NCBI GenBank assembly: GCA_964276515.1
Contig: OZ193909.1
Span: 6,820,001-6,884,000, forward strand
DNA length: 64,000 bases
Source of the DNA: Gordius albopunctatus
Taxonomy: Eukaryota
Direction of reading: 5' to 3'
Positions 1-13,006 of the stretch are shown here, in pieces. Made by a program: the position numbers and the translations under genes. A model generated the notes under the pieces. It did no database searches. It had not been told where the DNA came from and saw only the letters and a list, made by a program, of their open reading frames with translations. Numbering within the stretch: position 1 is the first letter of the stretch; each line of letters starts with the position of its first letter.

Positions 1-524
1 ATGATGCAAAAGATGGGAACTACCTCGAATGGAATTATGTGTAGATATGATGGCATTTCTTGCAGATAACATAACCGGTGTATGTATCATTTTCATTTAT
101 TTAGAAGTTCAAAGTAACTCTAAATTTGACTTTTTCCGTCTTCTTTTTTAACTTGTTGAAGCATATTTCTTTTAAATTTTTTTATTATTACTTCCATGAC
201 GGTTTTTAATATGATAAACAATAGAAAGGATCTACGCGTGTGCTTTAAGGAAAGGGGAGATTGTGATTGATGATTTTCGGAGTTGAGTTGAGATAGAAAG
301 AGATGCGTGTGATAAAAAGGAAACGGGAGATGCTGATGTATCATTAACACTAGCTCCTTTCTCGCCAAACAAGAAAGTCTGGCTAGGGAAAAGGGAAATA
401 CTGATAAATATGTTAGAATAAGTAAGGTGAGAGGTGGTATTGGGCATCAAAAATGGCAGATAATTATGAAAAGGTATACTAAAAATTATTAATTTAATTA
501 ATTAGAACTTATTATTGTTTATTT

Positions 525-624
525 TAAATTTGAAAATCCGATCCGATCCGACTAAAATAAAATGTTGATCCGATCCGACTTTCAAAATTAGATGTCGGAT
601 CGGATTGATCCGTGCAAACCTCTA
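525..624. mobile_element. Single end of a non-autonomous hAT-type element (GATCC subterminal repeats)
   Basis: Clustered gatcc/ggatc pentamers at 538-611 end in gtgcaaacctcta (reverse complement TAGAGGTTTGCAC). This resembles the TAGAGACCTGCA terminus at 52491. No partner end was found. Confidence 0.45.
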
Positions 625-2692
625 ACACACACATATTTTTAATGTTGCTTTTAAAATTGTTAACTTCTAAAACTTTGAATGGAGGTCGGGAATTATCCCG
701 ATCAAGCAACAGACCAATTTGTCGGAATTGTTTGCTCGTAACAAAATTAAATGTGAAATACTTAGTTATGTTGTGAAAGAAGCTTCTCCAGGCCAACTCG
801 TAGTTTAGCGTCAACAACCTAAATTGTAAAGATACCAAATCATAATTTTTTGTCTGGCCCCGGCATTGATCATTTTTGTAATTTTTAATTCCGTTTCTTT
901 TTGTCCAAAACTAGGAGGAGAACCAAGAACCTGGCTATGGATAGCTTATTCTACCTCTTTAACAATCATTACCTATAAATTTTAAACAATTTTGACTTTG
1001 TACCCCGTAGTGTTTGTATTTACCTAAAATAGGAATGCTCCTTATAAAAGGTCGACCCGAATCGTCAAGCCTACCCTATTTTTTGCTTAAAGTTTTGAAA
1101 CAAAATTCGAAATTATAATTGAGTAATATAATTGCTTCTCCTAAATTAACTTAAATCGCTGTCATTGAGCAAATCAATAATTTCGTATTTTACAATATTA
1201 TATTCGAACGATATAAAGTTTCTTCATTATATTTAAACAAAAAACTTTAATTTTAGATGAAAAATAAGAAGAAATGACTAGTCCTAATCCCCACCCCTAC
1301 CAAAATAAATAAACGATATATTCCCCGAGGAAAAGAGGGTAAGCATATTTCCCTTTAATTTTAATGATACACACCTTTCCCCTGCCCTGTTGTTGATTAA
1401 TGCAATTAATTCCACACCCAGGGTATTGCAAAACAACGCGGGAGCTAAAGTTGATCAATTAACACTTATTATTATTGCAACTATAATTTCTCACACTATT
1501 GCAACGCCGCCTGTTTCAACTGCAATTATTTTAAAATGTATTTTGCGTTTCTGTTCAAAAATAAAGCTCTTCAAAAAAAAGCTGATCAGAAAAAAAGCTA
1601 ATAAAAAATCTAGACCCTAAAATGTACTTGATGTCTTATGAGGGAGGAGTATGTCACATAGCAAATTTGAAAATAAAATTTAAATAATAAATATATAAAA
1701 ATGTGTTAGATATTGAAAAATAGGATTTTTTAAAATAAGATCTACTGATTAGATTTATTAATGAGATATCTAAAAATAGTATAGATATTCAAAAATAGTA
1801 TAAAAACTGGTGGGAAAACTTCCGTTAGAAGGTTAAATCTAAATAGCGAAAGAATCTTAAATCCAAAGATTAATCTAAATTGCGGGAAAATACGTTTAGA
1901 TTCTCAATTAGATATTCTGCACTATACGCAGAAATCGCCAAATATTCCTAAATTTACATTAGATTGTATGCACTATACGTCGAAATTGCCAAATGTTCAT
2001 ATTGGTTTATTAGCTTTTTTCTGATCAGCTTTTTTTGAAGAATTTTTTTTTGAATAAGAATCGTATTTTGTATAAAGGTGTTTGGTGGAGGTAAAAGGTT
2101 AAACCTTTTGTAATGTTGCCCCCTCTTCCAGCCTGGGCGTAGCCAGTGTATGAATAAGGAGGGGGTCTTTTTGCTGGTTAAAATTTGTTCAAACTTTTTT
2201 GCCCGAACCCGGCCCTGTCTGATTTTATAACTATAATACCCGCCCGGGCCAACCCGAATCATAAGGGTCTTATTTTGCTAAATAATTGGTACCTATCAAT
2301 AGGAAATATACGAAAGAGAGTTAATGATGTGAAAAAATGATGTTTTTATATTATGCAAATAAATATTGATTTAATAGGAAAAGGCATATTTGTTATTAAT
2401 AAAATAGATTTATAACAGTTTTGAATACTTATTAGGTATCGATGTTTGGCGCTAATATGCATATTTCGGAGACGAAACAACGTGTTTATAAACCACTAAT
2501 ATACAAAAGTTAATTTTAATCTTTGACGATGCAGGGAAAAATTTTAGTACGTACGGTATTGTCCATAATAGCCTAAAATCAGCACTAATAAAATGAAGAG
2601 ATAGTAAAAAATTAACGCCCCTCCCCCGCCCCAAATGAAATCCTGCGTACTTTCTAACAATATAAAAACCTCGCGCGCGCGGTCGTGCTCAC

Positions 2693-2962
2693 CTCGACTT
2701 TGTAGCGGTAGCAGAGGCCGCAAGCGGCCATCTCCATGGCCACGAGTATGAAGAGGAAGGTAGCGAGGGTGGAGGGAAGACATTTTCGGTCGTAGCAACA
2801 GCAACTGAAAGCGGCCACCAGGCCCACCACGAACAGCAGGACGCCCAGCCCGAAAACGGCGGTGGTGGGGAGAAAGGCGTATCGGGCTTGCCTTATGTCT
2901 TCGTACCGACCGTAAGCCGAAAACATCATGACGGAGACGAAAAACAGGGCGGCGGCCAGTAC
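2693..2962 (-). CDS. Internal exon of a tetraspanin-family gene (end of TM1, TM2, short loop, TM3)
   Basis: GC-rich 270-nt phase 0-0 exon, bounded by acceptor tttcag|GTA (2962) and donor GAG|gtgagc (2693). Translation VLAAALFFVSVMMFSAYG...PTTAVFGLGVLLFVVGLVAAFSCCCYDRKCLPSTLATFLFILVAMEMAACGLCYRYKVE has the tetraspanin Cys cluster after TM2 and a Glu in TM3. Other exons were not resolved. Confidence 0.75.
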
Positions 2963-3061
2963 CTGAAATGAGTTATGGAATAAGGATGATAAATACAACA
3001 CAGCAAAAGTTGATTAGTTTTTGCTTGGATTTCATCGATTTATACGAATGATGAGCCCCTG

Positions 3062-3270
3062 CGTAGGCGTAACTAGGATTTCCTCAAAGGGGAGTTATTT
3101 GGATCAAAATATTTTTTCCTAAAAGTTTTTAAAGAGACAATCGCCTAAAAATAATAAAATAAAATTCCAAAAAATATTTTTTTTTATTAAATATGCAATA
3201 TAAAAATTATATAAATTGAAAATCATGGGAGGGGTTCTAATCCTAAAACCACCCCATCCCTACGCCAATG
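3062..3270. mobile_element. hAT-type MITE related to the CATGGGCGTAGCC family
   Basis: Degenerate termini cgtaggcgtaactagg ... cctacgccaatg, flanked by the 8-bp direct repeat AGCCCCTG at 3054-3061 and 3271-3278. Confidence 0.7.
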
Positions 3271-3278
3271 AGCCCCTG

Positions 3279-3420
3279 TAATGGCTCGTCTTTATATCGG
3301 ATTTTGCTGCGCAGCAAAAATCGTCGAACGGGTTATAACATAGCTTAACTTCGAATTCACGTCAGATTTACATTTCAGACGCATAATATGACAGCGATTT
3401 TGTAAGATGCAAAATTTTTC
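3279..3420. repeat. Left copy of a ~140-bp inverted repeat pair (partner 7981-8128)
   Basis: atatcggattttgctgcgcagcaaaaatcgtcgaacgggttat...cagcgattttgtaagatgcaaaatttttc aligns with scattered mismatches to the reverse complement of 7981-8128. Confidence 0.85.
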
Positions 3421-3621
3421 GTAAACTTAATTGTTGAATGTTCTTAAATTTGTAAAAATCAGCAAAGTTTGTATTTAATTTTAAAAGTTAAAATAAAACT
3501 CGGGCCTTCGGCCCTGGTGGGAAGGGGGAGGCGGAAGGGGAGGAGGGGAAGGGAAGTGGGGATAGAGGGGCAGGAGGGAAGGGGGAACGACTCATCTATA
3601 CTCCGTATAAATGTAGCATAT

Positions 3622-3830
3622 TTGCTATGCAATTTATGGGCGAGATTGCTTATAGGGGGTAGTAAATGAAAAATGATTAGTTAATTATTAATACAAATTT
3701 TACATTGAATTAAAAAAAATTGGCCTCCCCGGGTATCAAACTCACTTCCAAGCGGTTTCAGTGCTAAACACGTCAAAAAGCGTGACAAGACATCGGAAAA
3801 TGGAAAGTGAGCCCATAATTTGCATAGCAA
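3622..3830. mobile_element. MITE with TTGCTATGCAATTTATGGG terminal inverted repeats
   Basis: 18/19-nt TIR at 3622 and 3812-3830. The same terminus recurs near 5597, 8281, 43989 and 58935. Its internal sequence recurs at ~58490-58550, inside the hAT intron. Confidence 0.7.
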
Positions 3831-4198
3831 TTAATAATAGCAGAATTAAACATAATATTTTGGGAAATTGATTGTAATTTATATAGGTCCTTAGAAGGTT
3901 TCATGGGCGTAGCCAGCATTTGAATTAGTATATTGTATAAATAAAATCAGCATACAAAAATATCATAAATTTTATTATTATATTTAAGGCCTAAACTTTG
4001 TACTATTTTAAAGTTAAAATTTGAAATGTGTATTGATTGAGCCTATACAAAATTGCAAAACTTTAATTATGGTTACGAGATAATTTAAGTGTTTAATAAG
4101 TATACATTTACAAACACATAGTAGTAAGGGAAAAAGAATTCATTATAATATAATATTTCAAGTAAAATACCAGATTTTTCATTCATTAACACATTTAT

Positions 4199-4351
4199 TA
4201 TGGGCCTACCCAGCATTGTAATTAAAGGGGGGAAATAATGATTTAGGGAAGGGCAAAATGATCATTATTAATTTTTTTTTGGAATATTAGCAAATTTTTG
4301 GATTTAGAGGAAAGCAAACGCCCCTCTCTGCCCCCCTTGGCTATACCCATG
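4199..4351. mobile_element. CATGGGCGTAGCC-family MITE (degenerate)
   Basis: Termini tatgggcctacccag ... ttggctatacccatg. The interior matches the copies at 16918, 33756, ~40306 and 50117. Confidence 0.75.
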
Positions 4352-5144
4352 TATGAAATATAGGAACTTTACAACAAATGTAAAATGGGTCATATTTGAA
4401 ATTATATCCAAATAACTATATATAAGTAAATGCCATTAATAATAATATTATTATTTGCTATGGGACATTTTTCTGATAGAATTTAATTAAAACAATTTAA
4501 ATACACTTCCCCTCTCCCTCCCCCATAAATTCGATTTCAAAACTATCTAATCGCATAATATTTATTGATTAGAATTATTGATTTCTATCGATAATATTAG
4601 TTATACCCATCTCGTTTCCTAGCAATCAAGATACAATACCGAGGGGTAGTGGGGTGGGCAGTGCTTAAATTATAAAAGTTTAAGATCGCTTAAAATACTA
4701 TTTCTAAGTGCCTGCAGATTTAAAGGAAGATTGCAAGTTGTATAAATACTCAATGTGCCCAAATAACTTAGTTAATTATGTGATAATTAACAAAATAGTC
4801 CAAAAACTCTTAATCTAAACAAATATCTTTTTTAACTAGCAAAAGTTGCTAGAATTTACGAATATATATATAATGAATTACATTAATTTTGCAGAAATTT
4901 TCGGCCTGCCGTACTTTTAATAAATTTCAACAAATTTTTGGATTTAAAAGGGGGGGTGAATTTTAGAAGCATATTTTTTGATAAAGTACAAAATATATTT
5001 TCATGGAATTTAAATTGATTTCTTATTGACACATGACAAGGAAATGAAATTTTTTTACCATTTGTAAGTATGTTTCCTGCTCATAAATTTCTTTTATGAC
5101 TTATTAGATGCCGCCCTAATCAACGAAATAAATACAATTTGGCC

Positions 5145-5540
5145 AATGGTCATTTTTTCCATTGGTCAGTAGCCTGGGCACGGTCAAAAATCATATTATC
5201 AATGGTATTAACAAGAACAATATATTAATTTAATTTAAATAAAATAAAAATTCTGCCCTCTCCGGGATTCGAACCAGCAATTAAGAATTTGCCCTCGCCG
5301 GGATTCGAACCCACATTTACAGGCATAAGCCTTTGTAGTGGAACAGGGACCCATATCAGTAGGAAAGAGCATAGGGTAATTATCAATGTTAACCAATTCA
5401 AAAACAAAAGGTCATTTTTTCATTGGTCAGCAGGCAGCGGACGGTCAAAAAGTCATATAATCAATGTTATTAACAATAAAAAAATCTAAATTTAATTTAA
5501 AAAAAATTTGTCCTCTCCCGGGATTGAACACGAACCTCCA
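5145..5540 (-). repeat. Tandemly duplicated repeat unit carrying tRNA T-arm/B-box-like motifs
   Basis: Two related ~130-bp units (about 5145-5280 and 5408-5540). The minus strand reads GGTTCGAATCCCGGCGAGGGCA and GGTTCGAATCCCGGAGAGGGCA at about 5253-5312. No complete cloverleaf. Confidence 0.55.
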
Positions 5541-7980
5541 GGTCGGGAAGCTGGTGTAAATAAATTGGAGGGTAACGGACGGACACCAAAAAGCGAGCCC
5601 ATAAATTGCATAGCAATCAAAATTAGACATGTGAAATTAGTCCTCCTTACTGTTCATTACAAATCTATCATCATCGTGTTATTAGTTGATACAAGAAATA
5701 GGCTTTATAGATAACAATAATTAAATTAAAATATCGCGAAAAGACGATAAGGGGGCCTAGCAAATCTGTATGTATGGAGAGGGTTGAATAACTGCGAAAC
5801 CTGTATTATAGCTATATTGAGAAAAATTAAAAAAATTGCACCGGTGATGAACAAATAAAAAAAAAGTAAACTTTGAAAGTCACATTTCTATGTAGCATAT
5901 AATTGGTATTTAATTAGCCAGATAAATCAAAATTATTTGTGCGGTCTCCAAGATTTATCATTGAATGAGCAATAAAGTAACCTGGCGTGATAATAAAATT
6001 AGACAAAAACATCAAAGGCGACAAAAAATAGTCTGCGACAGCTAGCCATAAAACTTGCGCCCGTGTCGGTAAATTAAACTTATTTAGTACTAAAGAACGT
6101 GTTCAGTTCATAAAGGCATGATCGTAGTCAGAGGCGGCAGGGGCAGAGGTCCCCGGTCCCTAAACTTTTATATTACATTAAACTATAATTAATAATGTAA
6201 TAGTATTCTTGTTTGTTCCTCCTCTAACCATGACAACAGATTTAGCCACCCCCTCCCCCCATTCAAACCCTGAGAAAATAACTGCAATCTTTGTCGATGG
6301 ATATAAAAATATGGAAATAATAGTGCGTTACTAGCAATAGTTTATTATAATCTTGTTATCGTCCGTTAATACATAAAACTCGGCTATCTGAGTTAAATAT
6401 ACAAAAACTCTCCAAAATGTAACATTTTGGTGAAGCTCATTGTTGCTGCCACAATGTGCTGAAAACCAGAAAGAGCTAAAACTTTCCTTTAATTCTAAGC
6501 CTATATCTTAATATGTAATCAGGGGTTTAGGCGAAAAGAGCGTTATCAAACTTCGAAAGCCGTTGTTGACAAAAATTGCTCATTAACTCCAAGGGGAGAA
6601 TTTTTAAAAGGAGTAAAAACGGAAAAAGTTGTTCATACATTTTTTATACAAGAAGTAATATATATATGTCGTTTAATGAAATGTATTCGCGTTGTTTATT
6701 CAGTCCTTTTACGGGTATTTTACAATTAGGGGACGTTTGATTTAAATTTTTTGCAGGAATCATGGTGCACAAGTCAAATCAGAAGGGGTTTGTAATGAGT
6801 TCGATAATGATTGTATTTATTGGAAATTGCCATCTCCCCTCAACAGCAAACGCATCAGGGATGAGAAATAAATCACGTTAGCCTAATTTCTAGACGCTTG
6901 CCCCGCTCTATTTAAGCCCACATCGAGAGAAATAACTTTACATCTATCCAAGAGGGTTTAGTTAGGGTGAGATTAAAAAGGCAACATTTTGAGATATTTC
7001 CCAATGGACTGACTACCCAAGAACTTAGTTGGCCCATTTATTTTTTATTACAATTTTAAAATAAATTTATGGGTAATTAATAATTAAAAATTTGATCCAT
7101 TTTTAGGCACATATTTTTTGTTGACGTACGTGCATTAATTTGACAAAATAATAGTGATTTCTCTTTAGGGAGAGGGATCAGAACTTTAAAAAATGGCGAT
7201 TTAGAATTTAAGAAAAACTTGGAACATTGAAGGAAGAAAGGATCTTTTCTCCACGCTTTAAACACCTTTATGCTGACTAATTTCACCTCACCCCCCCCCC
7301 CCAAAAAAACAAAAAAATCCCCATTATTATTTTTCACACGAATTTACAATGAGGGAAAATAAATTCCCGCTCTATCTTGAGTTGAAAACCTCGAGACGTG
7401 TACAAACTAGGTCATTTGTAATGCGAGATTTTCTTCACCAGACACTTTCTTGCAAGGGTTAAAAGTAATTTCCCTGATTTCCTGTTTTTACACGAATGAG
7501 CAAGAGATGCAAAAACAAAAATAAGTCCGAATTTATAAAAATTGTTTTTAAAAAATATGTATTTTTCTGATTAATTTGCAATAAGCCAAAATCGAGTCTT
7601 AATTTTTTGTTTAAATTTAAAACTATCAAACCCGACTTGATTTAAAAAGTTGATCGTTATTTCTAATTTGCCGTGGATAATTGGTGTGCTATTTTTGAAT
7701 CGCTTTAGCCCAAACAGTTTCGACTAGAATCATGATGGGTTTGACCCCTTGTGAGTTGTGACATCTTAGGACTTGTGTTAATATCGGATTCAGATTCAAA
7801 TCGCGCGAATTTATCTTTGTCTAATATCAGATTCAATTTCGTGGGTCAAAAAAGCTTGTAATTATTATCATTTTGTTTTTTGATAGTTAAAAACGTTTTT
7901 TTGTTTATTTCAACTCTTGAGATTAAATCTAAAATTTGCTGATATCTAAAAATTTAAAAACATACAACATTTTAGGTTAG

Positions 7981-8128
7981 GAAAAAATTTGCATCTTACA
8001 AAATCGCTGTTAAGTTATGCGTCTGAAATGCAAATCTACTGTGAATTCGAAGTTAAGACGCGGCTATGTCATAACCCGTACGACTATCTTTGCTGCGCTG
8101 CAAAATCCGATATTAAAACAAGCCCTTA
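7981..8128. repeat. Right copy of the ~140-bp inverted repeat pair (partner 3279-3420)
   Basis: Reverse complement aligns to 3279-3420. Confidence 0.85.
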
Positions 8129-9837
8129 AAACCAAATTTAATCATAAAGTTAAGCGCGTCTTAAATGGTTTTAGCTATTCAAACTGAAGTAAAACAAAAA
8201 TTGTTCGATTAACACTATATATATAATCATTTTTTAAATTTTTAAACAAACTTACACCATTTTTTGACCTTTTAATATTTTAAATTGCATAGCAATTAGT
8301 ATTCACGCAGAAAAGAGGATGGCAAGTAGAAATGCCTGGGGAAGGGAAATATTTCTACTATTTCTAGCCTTGACATATTATCGCCTTGTAGTATGTGTCA
8401 TTCAATGATTAAATGTGAAAACGTTTCTTTATTATGAGTATCCTCAGGTTTTTTTAATATTATTTTTCTGGAGATTATATGTTGAAAATACTTAATTTTG
8501 GAATTATATTTAATATAACCTACTTAACATATAACTTTCTATAATTGTATAAGGATGTTTGGAGATAATGACTACTGAATTTTTATTTATACAAGTGTTA
8601 AAATCCCAAAATTGCAATAATATTATAAGATTTCTAAATCTAACATATTAAGGCAGTATTTTAAACATAAGAATAAATAAATTAAACTTGTATTAATAAA
8701 GATAAAATAATAAGGGATTTTGTATCAATGTCACATGCTAATGATTATTGTAGAATCAATTTCTTTTTTTGCTTATTAAAAATTATTGAAATCTTAAACA
8801 ATAGTATATAAATAGCTGGTCATTAAACCAATGTTTCAAATTCTAAAATTATTTTTATTATAGAATGCTTAATAATATACTTTAAAATAGTCACATTAGT
8901 AAAAAATAAGGCTGCAAAAATTTTATTATTAAAGATTATCAAAAATTATATAATCCCATGTTTATATTTGCATTTTTTTATTCAATTTAAATGTCTATTA
9001 TTAATAAATTTTTCAATTAAACAATATACATATATATATTTAATGTGCTCTTACTAAAAACACAACTCCAAGAATTGCCAGAAACACCCTTAACACAGAC
9101 ATCCCAAAGCTTGACTTCATTTTAGATAATCACCTGGACCTGTGTATATAATTTATCCTCGAGGTTATATCGGCTTAAAATTCGATCATAACTATATTAA
9201 TGTGTGATGCCATTTATTAAAATTTAAGACAAAAAATTGATTTTCAGCCATAAATATTAACACAATGATTAACACTTTAAACTTTTTAATCATTAAGCTT
9301 AATGCAAATAAAGAGTTTATTAGATGCTTTTGATTAATACTATGTTCCTTTTAGGGTTCAGTCATTATTTTATATAAAATTTCAACCCTTTTTTAAAAAT
9401 TTTTATTAAGTAAGTCTTTTTTAATATAAGTACCCTTAATATATTTAAAAATATCGTCTCATAAGCAGTATACACCAGAATTAACTTGTAAATTTGCATA
9501 TAAACTCTTTTATGTGTGCCATGTACCTACGATACTTAAGGTTCCTAGCTGTTCTACCCTTCGCATACTTTTATTTTCTTATTGTCTTCATTTTTCTTAC
9601 TACCCTAACTATTTATGTCTATTTTTATTATAATTTATCTTTCATTTTGATGTTGTCTTACGGAAAAATTTATATACACGATTATCGTTTACTTATTGAT
9701 TGATTCTAACTTGCACTGTGTTTACGCAATGATTCAGGCCTATTTTTTGCAAAAAAAAACAAATCGGTGGCGTCATGTCCGATAAATACTTTCTCTACTT
9801 ATCGCGTATTTTTCTGTCGCGTCGCTTAAAATGAAAT

Positions 9838-11234
9838 AAATAAATCCCTATTTTTAATGTTTGGGGGATATAAAATTGGTGTCAGAAAACGTGTATAATA
9901 CAGGTCCTCAAAAATAAAATACCCAATATTCTGATTCCGAGTGTCAACCCTCAATGTTCCGAACCATCGGCAACCAACCAAACCGCGACAACCTAACAAT
10001 ACAGTTGTCCGAGAACAAAAGTCAAAATTCATTGAACGAAAGAAAAATTCAGAAACCCACCTTGAGACAGATAATTTGAATACAGATACCAGTTATTCTA
10101 AAGCAACCCTTTGAAATTCTGAAGGTCAAAATTCTTCACTGTCTAATAAGATAGAATTTAAAGAACAGACACAATTGAATTACTCACACGCTATAAATCA
10201 AAAATATATGTTTACAAAAATTGTTATTCAACCCCCTTTTCTCTTATTGATAAGTTTACTTAACATTTATTATTATTATTAGCGGTTTGCACATGATTTA
10301 AAATCAGGAAGGGGTGGCGAGAGAAATGATAATTTATAAAATGGCAATTTATAGTGTAGGTATAAAATAAGAGTAAAACGGTACAGCCTTTGTGATGATT
10401 TAGTATAAATTGATTATAATTTTGGTTGAGTCTGTTGCTCGGTGCGTCACACACCTGGGACAAAAAAGTCCGCTAGCCATGATGTGCCCTTTTTATCGCT
10501 GATTTACACATAAATCAGTCGATCCGAGGGCAAATGTCAGGAATTGGCACTAGATGTCACGATAAATTATATTAATGGGCTTAATTTCAGGAAATATTTG
10601 AAAATTATATTGTTTGGTATACTTCTGGTTTGTTTGGACTTTGTTTAAAATTGATAAGGTAAATCGCCTCCTCGACTTTTAAATGGCATTCAACAGCACT
10701 AAACCCTATACCTTTATCGGAACGTTAGGACATTAAGTCTTTGACTCATCGTTAAAGGGGAAGGTGTGGTGTTCCCCCCCCCCTCGCTTACTTATTTTTA
10801 CTCATCTATTTTTATGGTCCCTTTTACTTAAAAACGTTTACTCTGGAAATGTGCTACGTAATCGTGTTGTTATAAAATCGCTAGTTAAACGCGACGTGCA
10901 CATAAAAGACTAGCTTATTTGTTTTGTTTATCCCCCCCCCCCTACACATACACTTATAGTTAGTGATACGCGTAAATGATAAAATAGATCGTTTATTATT
11001 ACCATTTTTATCTTCTCGTTGATTATTAATTAATTATTTTCTTTTTTGGTGGAAAATAAAATCTAGGGAAAATGTAGCATTTAAAAAAACAAGAAATTTT
11101 ATCGCGCGCTCGCGTATACATTTTATCGCGAATAAATAAATTTGAAGCCTGCTTATTCGGTAGTTTAAAGGCATAATTAGAAAATTGCTGAGGATTCAAT
11201 AAATCCTTTAGTTCAATATTTGGAGGATATAAAA
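9838..11234 (+). mobile_element. Degenerate non-coding LTR-retrotransposon remnant
   Basis: An LTR-end-like motif (aataaatcc...tttgg(g/a)ggatataaaa) occurs at 9838-9876 and 11198-11234. PBS-like TGGTGTCAGAA (tRNA-Leu type) at 9878. PPT aaaggggaagg at 10754-10764 is followed by TGTGGTGTTCCC (10765), the same LTR start seen at 27902 on the minus strand. Confidence 0.55.
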
Positions 11235-11416
11235 CTACTTTTTTAACCTCAAATATATTAACAATGTGTGATGTAATATTATAACGGTTCAAGATTATTT
11301 GACTTCTTTGGTAGTTCATTTTTATCTGTTTACCTTGAGAATGGTTTTCACTAGTAAATGAATTAGTAGTAAAAATGTTTGGAAAAACAGAACCCTAACT
11401 ATTTGTTGTTACATTA

Positions 11417-13006
11417 TGTTAAAGCTATTTGGCTTCATTAGGAATCAATGGGATAGAACCACGTTACACGTATACGCGCGCGAGAAGGGAACAAACGCGA
11501 TCGAACGTACGATAATAATAACGCGAGAGGAAATAAAATATCACAGCTGTTGTATATCATTACTCCACAGGCAACATAGAACTTAAGCGTACATTACACA
11601 TCGTCAGTTATCCTATACACTTCCCCCCTTTTCACAAAGATAATGTTTTAGGTAGCTTGGGGCCTGTCGTACCCGGCGCGGGTATCTAACCTCAGGTGGG
11701 GCCTTGTTAAGCTCCAGAGCCATGGGAAGGGCATTGTGTTCGCTCGCTTCTGTAGCGGCATTGTCATTGGGAACAATTGGTAGGGAACCTTGACTGGACA
11801 TCTATTGGCTCATTTGCAGCGGGACTCGATAGCGCGAACGTACCCCGGAACGTTAGGATATAAATTTCTCTTCCCTGTACAAAATCATTTAACTTCTTTA
11901 TTCCGTAGACGTTTTTATTTGTTAGTTGTCTTGTCTCCATTCCAGGACCACTCTAGCCTTCTCGTAATTCACCTGTACCTTTTTGTTGCTGATGATATAG
12001 CCTAAGAAAGTCACTTATGTCACACCCAGCACGCTTTTGGCAAAATTTGGGACGAAACCCCAATCGTGTAAGGTTGTCAGCACCTTATACAACCGTTTGT
12101 TGTGGATCTCTTCCGTATCCCCTACTACCAATAAATCATCGATATACATTACCACACCCTCCATGCCGCCGAATATTTGGTCCATCGTCTTCTGAAAGAT
12201 GGCTGCAGCACACTTGAGCCCGAACGGCATTCGCTTCACTCCAAATAGCCCCTTGTGAGTTTAAATTGTTAGCAAGTGACTCGTTTCTATACTCACCCTT
12301 AGCTGGTGGTAGGCCTTGGTGAGATCTATTTTGGAGAAGACTGCCGCATTCTCTAGCTGATTAAGAAGCTCGTCGATCTTTGGTAGGGGATACAATAGGC
12401 CTTGAGCATATTTATTGACCGTAAATCGATAGTCGATGCAGAGCCTAAGGCTCCCGTCGCTCTTCCGCACTGGCACCAACGGGCTTGCCCAGCGCAAAAA
12501 TTCCACCGGCTCAATTATTTCGTCATTAAGCCACTTGTCCAATTCTTCCTCTACCTCCCTCCTCCAAGCTAAGGGTACTCGCCGTGCTGGGATAAACACC
12601 GGTTTGCTCCCGTTTTCCACTGGCACGTCGACTTCAATGTCCCTCACCGCTTGCGGATTTGCCCCCTTCTACACCGTCTTCCGCCGAACCGTATCTTCAA
12701 CGTGTCTATTGGTTGCGAGCGGCTCTTTTGGGGCCTTCTCCTCAACGAAATTCACTATGTAGCGCTCCATGACGATTCGCGAATTCCATTTGGCTAGCTC
12801 CCTTACGTCTTTTCCGAACTCTTTTATCGAGTTTGTTCCGAGTAAAGGCGGTCCCTTTACATCCGCCACCAACAGCGGCAGGCGCTTTCGGGTGGGACCT
12901 ACACGGGCTTTGGCTGGAAATAAAATATCTCAGCTGTTGTATATCATTACTCCACATGCAACATAGAACTTAAGCGTACATTACACATCGTCAGTTATCC
13001 TCTACA
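11417..13006 (-). mobile_element. Internally deleted Ty3/gypsy LTR retrotransposon (Mag-like)
   Basis: 5-bp TSD CATTA (11412-11416, 13007-13011). 3' LTR 11417-11619 (TG...CA on minus), preceded by a PPT at 11620-11634. Truncated 5' LTR 12917-13006 matches ~11530-11619. Pol fragments: protease end (PLLG), RT (WASPLVPVRK, RLCIDYR, FSKIDL, RMPFG, YIDD) and a pol C-terminus (RYPRRVRQAPSYL). Confidence 0.92.

Noticed and set aside
232..818. Possible downstream tetraspanin exons (762-818 and 232-478, minus strand) with plausible splice sites
   Set aside because: In the phase that joins the 2693 donor, the first reads VVDAKLRVGLEKLLSQHN then a stop. In the other phase the two exons join each other but give no CCG motif or TM4. 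Cannot be supported without transcripts.
1390..2075. ORFs 1390-1620 and 1954-2262 sharing KKKLIRKK
   Set aside because: Caused by a ~45-bp inverted repeat (about 1565-1605 vs 2007-2045) of a decayed repeat element, not by coding homology.
3515..3590. Purine/G-rich tract with G-quadruplex potential and ORF 3469-3669
   Set aside because: Low-complexity sequence between repeats; nothing in the window indicates function.
5253..5312. tRNA gene
   Set aside because: Only T-arm/acceptor-like 3' halves are present; no D-arm, anticodon arm or A-box.
6005..6049. Possible first tetraspanin exon MASCRRLFFVAFDVF (minus strand)
   Set aside because: Plausible N-terminus and phase, but a weak donor (gtctaa) and too short to distinguish from chance.
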